The notes under the pieces: model-generated | Told to the model about the DNA's origin: nothing | What the model saw: the letters and a program-made list of their open reading frames with translations, nothing else | Database searches by the model: none | Origin: Welwitschia mirabilis | Lineage: Eukaryota | Assembly: GCA_051453625.1 (NCBI GenBank) | Contig: JBOZIK010000001.1 | Span: 10,422,550 to 10,486,549, forward strand | DNA length: 64,000 nucleotides | Direction: 5' to 3' | Made by a program: the position numbers and the translations under genes | Shown here: positions 41,401 through 54,520 of the stretch, piece by piece | How the letters are laid out: every line of letters starts with the position of its first letter | Position numbering within the stretch: position 1 is the first letter of the stretch

Positions 41401-43436
41401 TAAGCCTGATAGAGAGCTAGCACTTATCATCTAAAGAAAGTCTAGCTTTGAAACATTTCCTAAGAAGAATAAATTTGAACATTTATTATGTGCACCATAA
41501 AGACAACCTTNNNNNNNNNNNNNNNNNNNNNNNNNNNNNNNNNNNNNNNNNNNNNNNNNNNNNNNNNNNNNNNNNNNNNNNNNNNNNNNNNNNNNNNNNN
41601 NNNNNNNNNNNNNNNNNNNNNNNNNNNNNNNNNNNNNNNNNNNNNNNNNNNNNNNNNNNNNNNNNNNNNNNNNNNNNNNNNNNNNNNNNNNNNNNNNNNN
41701 NNNNNNNNNNNNNNNNNNNNNNNNNNNNNNNNNNNNNNNNNNNNNNNNNNNNNNNNNNNNNNNNNNNNNNNNNNNNNNNNNNNNNNNNNNNNNNNNNNNN
41801 NAAACATTTCCTAAGAAGAATAAATTTGAACATTTATTATGTGCACAAAAGAAGAATAAATTTGAACATTTATTATGTGCACCATAAAGACAACCTTCAA
41901 GTGAAGAGTGTATCCAACTTAAACCTCTTCTAAAAGGTTTAAAAAATGCATTCCTAATTCAAAACTAACCTTATCTTATAATCTCCACAAAGGTAGTTAC
42001 TTCTTAAAAAGAATCCTTAGTTTCTATGCTTAAACAACAAAACAAGACTATAAGATGAATTATTTTTAACCTAAAAGAAATAAGTCTTATTATATGCATG
42101 CAAAAAATCCACTTGAAAGAAAACATTAATATTATATCAATCAATATAATAATTATAGTTGAAGAACAAGCAAAAGTTATTAGAATTAATATTATATCAA
42201 TTAATAGTAATATCCAAATAAATGAACATATTCAACCACCTAGAAAATATCCTTGTATAGCTAATACTGAACCATAAATAACACTTGAAATTGAGAAAGA
42301 TGAAGAAGATATCATGGATATATTCAAACACGAAGGACTAAGAAAAGCTCCATTGCCCAAATGTCTTACATTAATGGAAAATAAATAACTTGAAGAAGAA
42401 TACTTAAGAATTTTTATGGAAGTGAAAATAAACATTTCTCTTTTGGATTCCATCCATAAAGAACATTCTTATTCTAAATTCCTTAAATATATATTTATAG
42501 TAAAGATAAAAATGAATGTTACAAAAATACCTTTCTTGCCTAACAAGTGAGTGACTTAGTTTAAAATAAACTTCTACTAGAGTTTAAACATCCTGGTTTC
42601 TTAATAATCTCATATGTCATAGCCAAGAAAAAGATAGATAAAACCTTAATACACTTGAGAGCTAGTGTGAACCTGATTCCGAATTCATTATGTAAAGAAC
42701 TTGAATTGGAAAAACTAATAAAAATTAGAAGAACATTATAGCTTTCTGATTGCTTAAACAAGATCCCCATAAGAATAGTAGAAGATAGTTTGTTATAAGT
42801 AGAAAATTTTATTAGCTAGTGAGCTTCATAGTTTTAAAGATGTAAGATAACCCAATAGAATTTTCCCTTCTCTTTGAAAAAACATTCCTGTCAACTTCTA
42901 ACTCTCTAATCAATAGTAAAAATGGAATAGTAGAAATGTCCTTTAGAAAATGAATACAAAGTTGTAAGTCTTCAACATAATGAAGAAGAATCCTATGGAT
43001 GATGTAAGGGAGCTAGATTTGGTTGAAATGGATGAAGATGAAACACTTATATATTTATACCTATTAGAAGATCATCCATTATATAAGCCTCATGGAGAAC
43101 TAGCACTTATCATCTAAATAAAGTCTAGCTTCAAAACATTTCACAAGAAGAATAAATTTGCACATTTATTATGTGCACCATAAAGATAACCTTTAAGTGA
43201 AGAGTGTGTCCATAATGTTAAACTTAAGCCTCTTCTAAAAGACCTAAAACATGCGCTCCTAATTGAAAACTAACCTTACCTTATAATCTCCACAAAGATA
43301 GTTACTTCTTAAAAGAAATGCTTAGTTTGTATGCTTAAACAACACAGGAAGACTATACAATGAATTATTTTTTAACCTAAATAAATAAGTCTTATTATGT
43401 GCATGCAAAAAATCCACCTGGAAGAAAACATTAAAC
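38480..43436 (+). mobile_element. Decayed Athila-like Gypsy gag-protease region with an internal ~1.3-kb triplication
   Basis: FYGLDFEDPYEHFREF, MKLFPFS, EVKINIPLLDSINKV, KFLKDIC and TLIHLRASVNLIP (DLGASVNL protease-like). Copies at ~39630-40908, ~41010-42129 and ~42158-43436. Confidence 0.9.
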
Positions 43437-45934
43437 TGTAACACCCCAAATTTTTAAAGTTGTCTTGTTGAAGCCTTGGGTGGGGGTCTTCAAACTTCAA
43501 CCTCGAATTCTAAACAGCAATTGGGGTGGCATGCAGAGGTGGGAACAGTAGGAACCCAATTCAACTGCAACCAGGAAACCTTCATCACAGTTCATTCATC
43601 GCATTCTGTCTGGAAATCGAAACAGCATTTCGGCGCATTGGTTACTTTTTTGGATGATTATTTTCAGTTTGAGCTGCTAATGTTTTTCATGTCAATGCCT
43701 TCCGCAACAGCAGCAGCTACGTCCGCTGCTTGGAGCCAAACAAATCCCTTGCAGATTATATCAGGTAGAATCCTTAGTTGCAGCGTAAACCTTATCAAAA
43801 ACACAACTCGGAAATCTAAGAGATCAGAGAATATTATATGCGCTGTAACAGTGCCACTGCAACCGCAATAACGTTCTTCTGCTTCCCCTAGTTCTGTAAA
43901 GAAGGCACACAACATGTGACTGAAACCTGAAACGAAGCGGCACTAGAGTTCTGGAGAAGCAGAATGGCGATGATGGCCATACGCCTGCCCTGGCTACACA
44001 ACTTAGAACTCTGTCTCTTTAACTGAAAGGTCTGTGTCATGATGCATCGAGGAAGAAGCCATTCCAAGAGCGCGATTGCGAGGAAATAGGCATTCATAAT
44101 GCAATACTAAGTTTTAAGTTTTCTTTTCGGCTCCTCATTGCTTTTGTAGTTTAACCTAATTTCCATGTATTTTCTATTCTCTGTGTTTATATTGTAGCCT
44201 CTTGTGTCCTAGTTTCATTTTGGTATATCTACTTTTTCAGACCGTCCTTTTTTTTTAACTTTTTTTTAAATCTCTTTAGTTTGGGTGATTCTAGTATCTA
44301 CATGATAAGCCCTTTTATTTGTCAAAGCAGTTGAATGTTTACATTTTATTTCATGACAAGTACAATTGGTGAATAGAAATATGCCTACCTCAAAACCACT
44401 GCTACAATTCTAGTTGGGCCTTTCTACATCTTACAGTACATTTAAACATGCTACAAAAGGGACTTGAAGGTCTAACATTAGAAGATAGGACTTCTTTCAC
44501 AAATTTTTAGAAAATGATTAATGGTTATAGTAATAATTTCATACGGATAATGGCTTTGTCATCTATAAGCCTCAACAAGTGCAACGAATTTGATCACGTT
44601 TTCAACTCAAAATTACTTGGCTCGCATTATAGGGCTATGAAATGCCAACAAAGCTAACTACTCTTTGGAGATCCACCAGGAATAAAGAAAACAACAATTT
44701 GATAAATGAAATAATCTTAAAGATATTAGCTTTAGGTGACATTTTATTAAAGTCTTAAAAACTTTCAAGTTCTAAAGATGTTAAACCAAACTGCATCTAG
44801 GTTAGTGTGATGAGACTTGTCAAATCAATATTTAACCGTGTTAAGGGGATAAATTTTATAGGATAAGGCACTTGAGATGAATAACTAGCATCTTTGATTG
44901 TCTTTAAATTAAGCATCTCCCCATTTAAAGTGGGTTAACTTCATCATTTTCTCACATTTCCCCTCTTTAAGTTACAAATGTTATTTTAATAGTAGCTACT
45001 ATTGACTGCTTATGATGTATAAGTATTATGTCTTTTGAAAAGTAGACAACTAAATTCTTTACAAATATTTGATTTGTGCTTTGATAGTTTTGAGTAACAA
45101 ATTTTGAAGCCTTAAAATCTATAGAAATGCATTACCTTCAAAAGTCTAAGCTGCATCCTAACTAATTGCTACCACTACCATTCCTAAAATTTTATCCAAA
45201 TTAGAACTGAAGTAGATTTTATCAATTTATAATTTTCACTTCTAAATAACGTTTAGGTCCACAACTTGTGTTTTTAGTTTTAAAAATGTAGAAAGATCCT
45301 TATGCTTCAAGGAAAAATACCATTACAATGTTTCTTACTCTTCCCATCAAATAATACTATACATAGTATTAGTTAGTATTGACCTAAGCTATCTTGTAAA
45401 AAGTATGGAGCCTTACCAACTCATAAACATAATGGAGCTTGTATAATGTAAATCTTTATCCATATTCCTCTTAAGTATATTAATAACATGATCTCCCATT
45501 CCATAAGATCATGTACATGAATAAATTGCTATAAATAAATCTTTATAATAAAACACTAATCTTTAAGACAAACAGAAAATGATGCTTCATAGTCAAAAAG
45601 CCAACTTTAAAAGCAAAATTTTAGTGATGAAATAAGATAAGTTTAAAAGAGTCCCTTAAGATGTGATAAGGCATTCTACTACAAGAAGGAATACTTCATC
45701 TAATTTGTCATAGGTTCCTTATCTTCTCATAGAGTATCATGTCTTCCATAATGATGCTAAGGTATTTATCTTATAATCTGTTTAAGAATTGATATCATTT
45801 AATTGTCCTTTCATCTTAAAACATAGCAGTTTTAGTAATAGATCTCAGTCTTATTATTTTTATCTAGTTAGTATGAAACCATGCTTAAATTACATAGTAG
45901 TTAAATTGTTTATGTTATGCCTTTTTCTGTATCT

Positions 45935-46240
45935 ATTAATATTATATTATTATACTACATACATGACATACATATTATATTACATAATACATATGTATAA
46001 TATTACATATGTATTATACTATATTATATTATATGCATAATATTATATCATATTATGTTATGTTTTCCTATTATATCATATTAAATTAATGTTATATGCA
46101 TAATATTATATCATATTATATATTATACTATATTATATCATAATATTATATTATTATACTACATACATGACATACATATTATATTGCATAATATTATATT
46201 ACATACTACATATGCATAATATTACATATATATTATAAAG
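45935..46240. repeat. AT-only low-complexity (ATTAT-like) expansion inside the 5' LTR
   Basis: Repeated attat/tacata units; the matching tract in the 3' LTR (~51820-51940) is much shorter. Confidence 0.8.
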
Positions 46241-47615
46241 GGTAGACATGTTCAATTATTACCTTGAAATGTATTGATGGGTGAGAGGGATTTCAAACGC
46301 AACATTTTGGTAATTATACCTTCCCCTTAAAGTACAGTTACCATGACTTCCTAAATAAAGAATGAGCATCCATTAGCTAAACTATCACAATGTTCATGTT
46401 ATCGTGCTTAAACACATTTTAATTTTACGTTAAATGTATAATATATTATTCAAAGTAGGTTACACATGATATGCTTATGATATTATGCTTATGTTGGGAA
46501 AAATATGCATTATTAATGCTATATGATTTACATATGGAAATAAAATTATATGTAATGGAATAGTTTAAGGTATTAAGCTAGAAAACTAATAACTATAATT
46601 ACTATCTTTTGATATATATATATATATATATATATTAGTATTTTAATATGGGATATCTACTCTTAGGTTGAATAATTATAGTGTCATTGTCAATTTTTAT
46701 TAATAAGGACATCGGTCAAGAAAAAATGACTAGAAAACATTGATAATAGCAATTATAATGTTAAGGTGGAAAATACCTTGAACCCAATAGAAGAATTGGA
46801 TAGCTTAATAAATTCATTAGTCATGATGACCCTTAGAGGTAAATAAATATATACTTGTATATAGGAAATAACATGATTAAATTTCTTTTTATTATTTTAT
46901 TAGCATTATCAGTATTTTAATTTGTAGATTTAGTTTTATTATGTTATCATTATGAAAGAAGTAGTTATGGATTCCCCTATAATAATAGTGTGTGCTTTTG
47001 TGATTTAATGTAAGTATGTATGCATATTCTAGTTATACAATGATGAAAGATTAGCAAATTCCTCAATGATTACGATCACTTCTAGTAGGCCTAACACATT
47101 CCAAGTATGTATCCTTAATGTATTTTCTTATATGTTTATGCATATGAATTAAATTTCTTAAGTAGTTATTTCTTACCCTATATATAAAATGATATAATAT
47201 TAGTGATTTTTATATGATGCTTATTAAATTAGTTAAGCACTTTATTAGCTTTCATTATTCTTTAACTTTTATCAAGCTAGGTCTATTAATACTAGTGGTC
47301 TAATTAGTGGCATATAGGCTAGTTCCTTTTGGAATTTTATGTATTTATATATTATTAATTGATTATGTTATGTTATGTTATAAAAAGAACAACTATAAAG
47401 TACCCTACCAAAATGGCTTATGTGTGTGTATGTATGTGTGCAAGCTAGCTGCATTTTTGCATGGGTTTAGTATAATAAAATTCTATTATGATACTTTCCT
47501 TCCATTAGCTCTCACTGAGATGTAAGAGAATAGAGGGGTTTTTTATGCTTGGTGATTGAGGTACTAATGGATATTTTGGCCAAGTAATCAAGGGATTTAC
47601 TATCCTCTCTCTCTC

Positions 47616-47619
<4 letters not shown>

Positions 47620-47650
<31 letters not shown>
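47620..47650. repeat. (TG)n microsatellite next to a gap
   Basis: Perfect TG run. Confidence 0.95.
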
Positions 47651-48441
47651 NNNNNNNNNNNNNNNNNNNNNNNNNNNNNNNNNNNNNNNNNNNNNNNNNN
47701 NNNNNNNNNNNNNNNNNNNNNNNNNNNNNNNNNNNNNNNNNNNNNNNNNNNNNNNNNNNNNNNNNNNNNNNNNNNNNNNNNNNNNNNNNNNNNNNNNNNN
47801 NNNNNNNNNNNNNNNNNNNNNNNNNNNNNNNNNNNNNNNNNNNNNNNNNNNNNNNNNNNNNNNNNNNNNNNNNNNNNNNNNNNNNNNNNNNNNNNNNNNN
47901 NNNNNNNNNNNNNNNNNNNNNNNNNNNNNNNNNNNNNNNNNNNNNNNNNNNNNNNNNNNNNNNNNNNNNNNNNNNNNNNNNNNNNNNNNNNNNNNNNNNN
48001 NNNNNNNNNNNNNNNNNNNNNNNNNNNNNNNNNNNNNNNNNNNNNNNNNNNNNNNNNNNNNNNNNNNNNNNNNNNNNNNNNNNNNNNNNNNNNNNNNNNN
48101 NNNNNNNNNNNNNNNNNGCATAGCTGTTGATGTAACCAACCACTCAACTGCAACTTGCACACTTCTTTTATGTGTTCCTAATTGAGATCTTAGGAATTAG
48201 ATTTAAGTGAAATCTTCATGTGACTATTTAATAATTTTAATATTGGATGTGACATTAATAAGGTGAGCTATTATCATATAGATCTCCTAAGGTGTACCCT
48301 ATGGGTAACTAAGAGATAACTCTCTCAGTCATAAATTAATTGATTATCTTTGATAACTACTTATGTAATGTAATTTAATTGACTTATATAAAAAATAAAA
48401 TTATACTCCTTAAGCTTAGCCTTAGGCTAGGTTGTGATAGT

Positions 48442-48453
48442 TGGTATCAGATC
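48442..48453 (+). other. Primer-binding site for initiator tRNA-Met
   Basis: TGGTATCAGATC (canonical TGGTATCAGAGC), 2 nt after the LTR end. Confidence 0.9.
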
Positions 48454-48548
48454 TTAGGTTTAGATCCATTACTTAATTAATTTGTTAATGATCGTTATTA
48501 GTATAATAAATGGCTTCAGTGGTTTCTAGGGATTAAAAATTCTTAAGG

Positions 48549-51500
48549 GATAACACCCCAAATTTTTAATGTTGTATTGTTGAAGAAGCCTTGAATGGAG
48601 CTCTTCAATATTCATCATTAAATTTTGAGTAATAATTGGGATAGCATGCAGGGATCTGTATGCAATACAAATGGCTTATGGAGAGGATAGCTGGAAACAA
48701 TGGAAATTCAACTCAACTACAAGTAGAAAACCTTCATTGTAGATAACTCTTCACATTTTGTCTAAAAACTGAAATGGCATTTCTCTGCATTAGTTACTTT
48801 TATGGATTATTATTTTTAGTTTGAATTGCTAATGGTTTTTAATCAATTTCTTTTGCAATAGTAGCAAGTACTTCCCCTACTTGGAGCCAAACAAATCACT
48901 TATAGATTGTATCAGGAATAATCCTTAACTATAACATAAAGCCTATAAAAAAATACAACTCCAAAATGTAATAGATTAAGGAATATCATGCATGCTATAA
49001 TGGCACCACCACAACCCCAACACATTCTCCTGTGTCCACTAGTTCTATAAGAAGGCTCTACTAATAATAAAGAAGATCTTATTGAAAGCCTAGGGTAAAT
49101 CGTATTTGAGTTCCAATAAAAATGAAGGTTTTCAATAAGGTGCACAACATTTGATTAAAACCTAAAACAAACTATCATGACAGTTTTGAAGAAGCAAAAT
49201 GGTAATGATGATCATAAGCTTACTAGGCCATTAAAATTTACTAGCTACATGACTTAGAACTCCATTTATTCAATTTAAAGATTCATGTTATAATGCATTG
49301 GAAAAGAAGCCTTTTCAAGAGTGGGGTTCAGAGGAAGTTGATCTTTTGTTGCATTTTTATAATCCCCTATGATAGAGAAGTGATTACTTACAATCCTTCA
49401 ATCCAAGTTAAACATTCCAAAATTTAGTAGAAAAAGGTTGTAGGTTTGTGTTGCATGTGTAGGAGCACATTAAATTAATTTGATAGGATAAAATAAGGTA
49501 TTTTCTTGCATTTTGTGTTCATTGTTTATGCTCTAAGTAATGGCTTGATTCATCAGATGCGATTAGATTTGACTTGAAGCTAGTTTTAACACTTGTTACA
49601 GATACGTCTCCCCTTTTAGAGGGATTTTTCTCATGAGTTGATGTCTATATTTTTCAGTATGCTATTTTGTATTATGTTAAGAAAAGAACATTCAAAATTC
49701 CTATTTATCTTTTTGTTTATAGAGAAAATAAAAGTAAAGTAGAAATAAGTCTCATAATAGATTTCTATCTTAGCATAATAAGATTTTTTGATAAAGGGAC
49801 TTTTGATAGCTAAACTTTTGCTAAGTATGGTTAATAACAGAGGGATTAAATTTTCTTTTTTTGATTTCTATACGAGTAAGACATAGATGAAATCCTTTCT
49901 TAATGTCCTTATCCTTTTCATTTGTGCCTTATACAAGTCTAGTTTTTTGTTTCCCCAATGATGCATGCTAGATATTTGTAATGCAATAGTAAGTTTTAAG
50001 TTTTCTTTTGAGATCCTTATTACTTTTGTAGCTTAATCTACTTTCCATTTATTTTCTATTCTATGTGTTTATATTGTGGCCTATTATGTCTTGGTTTCAT
50101 CTTAGTATATCTACCTTTTTAGAATGTCTTTTTTTAATCTCTTAGGTTGTGTGATTTTAGTATCTTTATGATAATTCCTTTATTTGTTAATATGGCTAAA
50201 TGTTTACATTTTATTTGATGACATGTACAACTGATAAATAGAAATATGCCTAGTTAATAACCATTTCTACAATTCTAGTTAGGCCTTTCTACATCTTACA
50301 GTACATTTAAACATGATACAAAGGGATCTAAAAGTCTAATATTAGAAGGTAGGAATTCTTTCATAAATATTTAGAAAATGATCAAGGATCATATTAATAA
50401 TTTCATAAGGCTAATGTATTTGTTATATAGAAGCCTTAGACAAGCATAATGAATTTGAACATGCTTTTAACTCAAAATTACTTGGCTTTCATTGTAGGGC
50501 TACCAAATACCAAAAAAGTTAACTACTCTTCAGAAACCCACCAGGAATAAAGAAAACAATAATTTGATAAATCAAATAATCTTAAAGATGTTACCTTTAG
50601 ATGATAATGAAAAAATTTTATTAAAGTATTAAAAACTTTTAAGTTCTAAAGATGTTAAACTAAAACTACCTCTGAGTTAGTGTGACGAGACTTGTTAAAT
50701 TAGTATTTCACTATGTTGAGAGGATAAATGTTATATGATAAAGTGTTGGAGATGAATAAGGCTGACTTACATCTTTGATTTTTTTTTTTGTATGGAGTAT
50801 CTTCCCATTCAAAGTTAGTTAACTTCATCATTTTCTCACATTCCCCCTTTTTAAGTTACAAATGTTATTTTAATAGTAGATCTTATTAGTTTTTTATGAT
50901 GTTTAAGTATCATGTCTTTGGTAGAGAGCCAAGTTCTTGACAAATAATTGATTTGTGCTTTGATATTTACAAGTAAAAAATTTTGAAGCCTTAAAATCTC
51001 TAGAAATGAATTACCTTCAAATGTCTAAGTTGCATCTAGGTAATTGCTTCCACTGCCATTTATAAACATTCATTCAAATTAGAATGACAGTAGTTTTTAT
51101 CAATCTACAACTTTCACTTCTAAAATACATTTAGGTCCACAACTCATGCTTTTATATTTAAAAATATAGAAATATCATTAGGCTTTTAAGAAAAAATACC
51201 ATTACAAATTTCTTGGTTTTCCCATCAAATAACACTAGACATAGTAATAATTTTCTATTGATCTAAGCTATCTTGTAAAATGTATGAAGCATTATCAACT
51301 CGTAAACATAATGGACTTTACCTAATGTAAATACTTATCCACCTTCCTCTTAAGTATATTAATAACATGGATTGCACATTCCACAAGATTATGTACATGA
51401 ATAAATTACTATAAATAAATGTTTATGATAAAACACTAATTTTTAAGACAAAAATAAAATTATTCTTCATAGTCAAAAAGCCAACTTTAAAAGAAAAATT

Positions 51501-53830
51501 TTACTAAGGAAATAAGCTAATTTGAAAAATGTTTATTAAGATGTGACAAGGAATTATACTATAAGAAGGTATACTTTATCTAATTTATCATAGGTTCCCT
51601 ATCTCATCATGGAGTATCATGTCTTCCACAATGATGGTAAGGTATTTATCTCATACATTCATTTGAGAATTCATATCATCTAATTGTCCTTTCATCTTAA
51701 AACATGGTGGTTTTAGTAATAGATCTTAGTCTCATGTATATTTGTTCGGTTAGTATGAAACCATGCTTAAGTGACATAGTATTCCAATTATTTATTGTTA
51801 TGTCCTTTTATTTATTTATTAATAATATATTATTATACTACATACATAACATATGTATTATATTACATAATATATGCATAATATTATATTACATAATATT
51901 ATGTTATCTCATACGCATAATATTACATATATATTATAAATAGATAGACATACTTAATTATTACCTTAAATTGTATTGATGGGTGAGAGGGATGTCAAAC
52001 TCAACATTTTAGTAATTGTACCTTTCCCTTAAAGTACAACTATCATAACATCCTAAATAAAGAATGAGTACTCACTAGCTAGGCTACCATGATGTTCATG
52101 TTTTTGTGCTTAAAAATGTTTCATTTTTAAGAGTTAAATGTATGACATATTATACAAATTACATTACATATGATATGCTTATGATAGTATGCTTATGTTG
52201 GAAAAACAGTGCATTAGTAATGCTATATGGTTTACATATTAAAATATTATTATGTGTAATGGAATAGTTTAAGGTATTAAACCAAAAAATTAATAACTAT
52301 AATTAATAGCTTTTGATATACATATTAGTCTTTTCATGTGGGAGATCTACTCTTAGATTGAATGATTGTAGTGTCAATATAAAGTTTGATTAATAAGGAC
52401 ATCAATCAAGCAAAAATGGTTTAGAAAACATTGATAATAACAATCATGATGTTCAGGTGGAAAATACCCTAAACCTAACAAAAGACTTGGATAGCTTAAC
52501 AAATTCACTATTTATGATGGCCATTAAAGGTAAATAAATATATACATGTATATACAACATAATATGCTTGAATTTCTTTTTATTATTTTATTAGCATTAT
52601 AAATATTTTAATTTATAAACTTAGGTTTATTAATTTCGCATTATAAAAGTTGTCGCTATGGGTTGTCCTATTGTAATAATGTGTGTTTTTGTGATTCAAT
52701 GTAAGTATGTATGCATATTATAATTATATAATGATGCAGGATTAGACCATTTCTCAATGATTACTATTGCTTCAAGTAGGTCTAATGAATTCTAGATATG
52801 TATTCTTAATGTATTTTCTTATATGTTCATGCATATGAATTAAATGTCTTAAGTAGTCTTATCCCATACATAAAATGACATAATATTAGTGATTTTTCTA
52901 AGATGCTCATTGAAATAGTTAAGCATTTAATTAGCTTTCTTTATCATTTACATTCTATCTTGCTTAGTCTATTGAGACTCATGATTTAATCAGTTGCATA
53001 CGAGCTAGTTCCTTTTGCTGTTTTATATAATTATATATTATTAGATTGATTATGTTATTCTATAAAAGGAGCATCTATGAGGTACCTTGTCAAAATGGCT
53101 TTTATGTGTGTATGTATGTGTGTTTTAATCACATTTCTACATGAGTTTACTATAATGACATTCTCTTATGATATACTTTTCTCTCAATTGCTTTCACCAA
53201 GACATGGGGAGAATAGAGGGCTGTTTTATGCTCGATGATTGAGGTGCCAATGAATACTTTGGCCAAGTGACTAGGGGTTCACTATATATATACACATTTG
53301 GATAAACATATATTATTTATATTAATATACATATGTATTATCATCATTCATGCCTTAGAATTCCTTGTTAGAAATGGATGTTCTGACATTAAGAGTTTTT
53401 GACTAGCTATGTCCTATATTTTTATATAGTGTATGATATCTTTTGGTGTTGTTTTTATTTTGTTTGGAACCATACCATTTTCTAGTTGAGTTTCACATTG
53501 ATTTGTTGCATTAGTTCATACATATTTTTACCCACATGCCCACTAATATGAACCAACTTCATCTATCTTATGATCATGTGTATTGGTGGAGATGGAAATA
53601 AGACACAAGATAGAATTATGTGTAATTTGAACTTCTCTAGATAAGGAGACATAAACGTGGTTGCTTAACTATTAATGCAATCAATCACTTAACTACAACT
53701 TCCACACTTCTTTTGTGTGTTCCTAATTGGGAGATTAGGAATTAGATTTAAGTAAAATCTATCATGTAATCATTTAATAAATTTAAGATTAGATGTGATG
53801 TTGATTAGGTAAGCTATCGTCATATGGGTC
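48549..53830 (+). mobile_element. 3' LTR (~5.3 kb, last ~150 bp missing) of the same element
   Basis: Starts GATAACACCCCAAATTTTTAA after a decayed PPT region (tttctagggattaaaaattcttaaggg). Aligns with the 5' LTR up to aagctatcgtcatatgggtc. Confidence 0.88.
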
Positions 53831-53839
53831 ATGAGTCTT

Positions 53840-54520
53840 ACTATTCTCTAGATATATATTTAGGATATAAATAGATATCTATTGCCTTTAGAAACTACAA
53901 AAATACTACTTCACATGCTAATTTAAAACTTTTTCTTATGAGAGAATGCCCTTTGACCTTTATAATGCCTTAGTTATTTCCAATGGTGTAGGATGAGTAT
54001 CGTATTTGATATGATTAAGAAATTTGTTAAAGTTTTCATGGATTAGTTTTTGTTTTAGTAAAACTTTTAACTCTTAACTATGTCATTTATAACTTATTCT
54101 TACATGTAGCAAAGAGAAAAATTTTGTGCTTAATTAAAAAATGTAACTTCATAATTAAAAAGAATATAGTTTTAGGACATGTAATTTATAAGGGATAGAA
54201 ATAAACCCTGAAAACATTTAACTTATCACTTATCTTCCCCTTCTTAGAAGTGTTAAGGATGTTAGATATTTTCTTAGATATATTACTTATTACATAAGAT
54301 TTATTAAATACTCTTTAAACTCTCAAAACCCTTAATAAATCTTCTAATTAAAGATGTTTCTTTTAACTAAACCATCCCTACATGTAATAATTAATTTTAA
54401 AAATCAAAACATCTATTGGTTTCGTATCCTATCTTATAATCTCCTAATTATTCTTTTCCTTTTGAGGTTTTATGTGATGTAAGGAATTTTACAACATGAG
54501 CAGCCATAGGTGGATGAAAT
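53840..54520 (+). mobile_element. Decayed Athila-like RT / RNase H start, continuing the element interrupted at 43436
   Basis: LDIYLGYK*ISIA..NTTFTC*FKTFSYERMPFDLYNA, KVFMD*F, PFEVLCDVRNF. Confidence 0.88.

Larger units (their letters stand above)
43437..48439 (+). mobile_element. 5' LTR (~5.0 kb including a gap) of a non-autonomous Tekay-like element inserted in the Athila pol
   Basis: Starts TGTAACACCCC and ends GGTTGTGATA just before a PBS. Colinear with 48549-53830. Confidence 0.9.

Noticed and set aside
43476-44097. ORFs of 131, 83 and 69 aa as a captured host gene
   Set aside because: No recognisable protein motif. The sequence is homologous to the other LTR, and open frames are expected from its higher GC content.
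49337-49967. LTR indels as spliced-out introns
   Set aside because: The boundaries do not resolve to GT..AG once the flanking alignment is respected.
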